A stretch of 64,000 nt of DNA from Saccostrea echinata (Eukaryota): positions 3,472,001 through 3,536,000 of the forward strand of contig NW_026889813.1 in the NCBI RefSeq assembly GCF_033153115.1, written 5' to 3'. Position 1 is the first letter of the stretch. The number at the start of each line of letters is the position of its first letter. The notes under the pieces are model-generated. The model had not been told where the DNA came from. It saw only the letters and a program-made list of their open reading frames with translations, and did not search any database. Below are positions 62,172 through 64,000 of the stretch, piece after piece. The translations under genes and the position numbers were made by a program.

Positions 62172-63459
62172 AAGAAAGCATATTTGTAAGAATTCAATTA
62201 AAGTAATATTTGCACTTTTGACGACGGATACTTCCATTACTAGCAGTCAAAATGTAACTATACCATTTTCTGTTCTAAACATCAATAAATCCGACGTCAG
62301 ACTTTAACTAAAGAATGTTACTTTCACACTTTTGCGAACTCTCAACTCTGAAGAAAAGACGAACATTTTCTAGTTTTATTGTATAACATTTTCATATTTT
62401 TATTTTCAGACAGACCTCCTTTTTTGTGGACATCTCTGATAAAGTAACTATTTTTGAATAAAATTTTGTCAAATTTGTTTTTTGTTTTTTTTTAAATTTT
62501 GCGAAGCATGCTTACCTTACAAAAAAAAGACTGAACTTTTTTTCATCCTTTTCCCTCCTATGGAATCTTAATCTGTCTACATAGGCCATGCATGTCTTCT
62601 GACGTAATAACAATACAAAACAAAAGTTCAGAGAGCACACGAGATGCGGTAAGAAATCACTGTCTAATTTGTTGGGTATGCCAGGGCATTAACGACACGT
62701 GGAAACGTGGGATAATTTTGATGACAGACTTTGCCTGTTATACATAAATCACCCAAGGTTTCCAGCTGTCGTTAAATTTACATTCATATGTGAAATAAAA
62801 TTGTAAATATCGATAAAAAAATGCTGACAGTCTATTAAATATGAAAAACAAGAGGCATTCAATATTAATTTCCATATTCCCCGCTATCTGACGTCAGACA
62901 TATGACAGCCGTGGGAAATTGACATGCATATTAGGTATTTGACCTTTCACTTGGCGAAATTTGCATTCATGTATAACTATCGAGAAACCAAAACACTTGA
63001 CTTTTTAAAGATTTAAAAGAGAAAAGAGAAAACAGGTGGAAATGTAAATATGAAGGGACATGTATAACCCTGGATTTTACTGGTGGTTATTATTGAGAAA
63101 GCATTGACAAATATAAAACTAGACACTATCATAATACAGTTATACCTGCAATTAAGTGTTTGCCTCGAAATGTATGCTAGCTCCTTTGTACCTTGGTAGC
63201 GAAGAAGCCACAATAGTTATTCTGTATAAATTAACTTAAAATATGTATACATGAATCAAATTGAGCATAAAATGGACAGGTGAGCATATAACCACGGGTC
63301 TATTATGTTAGCATTTCAAATAAGAAATTGATTACTAGTCTGAAATTAAAGATAGTAATGGGGTTAATTCTGATTTTAAAAGAGGGAGTTTAAGAAAAAT
63401 GTTTTTCTGTAAAGGAACAGAAAGAAGAAGAAAAATCGGCCCAAATAAGAACATGAAAC

Positions 63460-64000
63460 GTCAATTTTTGACCCCCATTTGGCTATAAGGATGAAAATTA
63501 AAAAAAATTCAAAATATTTTTGCACATATGGAGGACAGGAGCCCCAATCATCTTGCAAAAGATGAAATGGCTACTGTATAAAATGTAAGAGAAGTTCAGG
63601 AAACCGCGCTTTTGTAAAACGATAATAATCATTTTGACACTCATTCAGCCCCAAAGATAAAAATGAAAATTCGAAAAAAAACTTTATTGCACATCTACAG
63701 AACATACCCAATTATTCTGCAAAAGATAATTTCGAAATGACTATTGTGTAAAATGTATGAAGAGTCCTGGGAACCTGGTTTTTGTAAAATGAAAAATACA
63801 TTTTTGACCCCATTTGACCCCTAGGGTGAAAATGAAAATTTCAAAACCTTAATGCACATTTACAGGACAACCTTAATCATCTTGTAAAAGATGAAATGGC
63901 TGCTGCAAAAAGTATAGAAGGGGTTCAGGGAACCAGGTAATTAAAATGTAAAACGTCGTTTTTCTACTCCCATTTGGCCCCAGGGTAAAAATCTAAATTC
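63460..64000. repeat. ~165-bp satellite-like units (probable HINE interior), running off the window
   Basis: aatcatcttg(c/t)aaaagatgaaatggct recurs 328 bp apart; ttttgacccc-type motifs recur in each unit. Confidence 0.65.

Overview
AT-rich, intron-containing animal genomic DNA. It is most likely an oyster or other bivalve, inferred from HINE/Helentron-type satellite-bearing repeats, Penelope-like fragments and a stand-alone NHL-propeller gene. Hand splicing gives two head-to-head gene pairs: RSPH14 (-, 10 exons, one GC-AG intron) with a ~650-aa low-complexity protein carrying PRR19-like motifs (+), and SCNM1 (-) with FKBP4/FKBP52-like (+, two alternative C-termini). Further right are an NHL-repeat ORF, a tail-anchored membrane protein and a small secreted six-cysteine prepro-peptide. 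The most unusual structure is a 9.46-kb TIR element (35144-44605). Its TAT..ATA ends and a 6-bp TSD, recoverable only after removing a nested insertion, fit the IS3EU superfamily. Its TIRs hold arrays of a 22-bp double palindrome, and it carries an apparently non-coding multi-exon unit with housekeeping-type promoter motifs. Introns and intergenic DNA are dense with nested MITEs, foldbacks, a CR1-like LINE with TSD and a MITE with tRNA-like arms. All homology calls rest on recalled sequences and manual translation; no database search was run.
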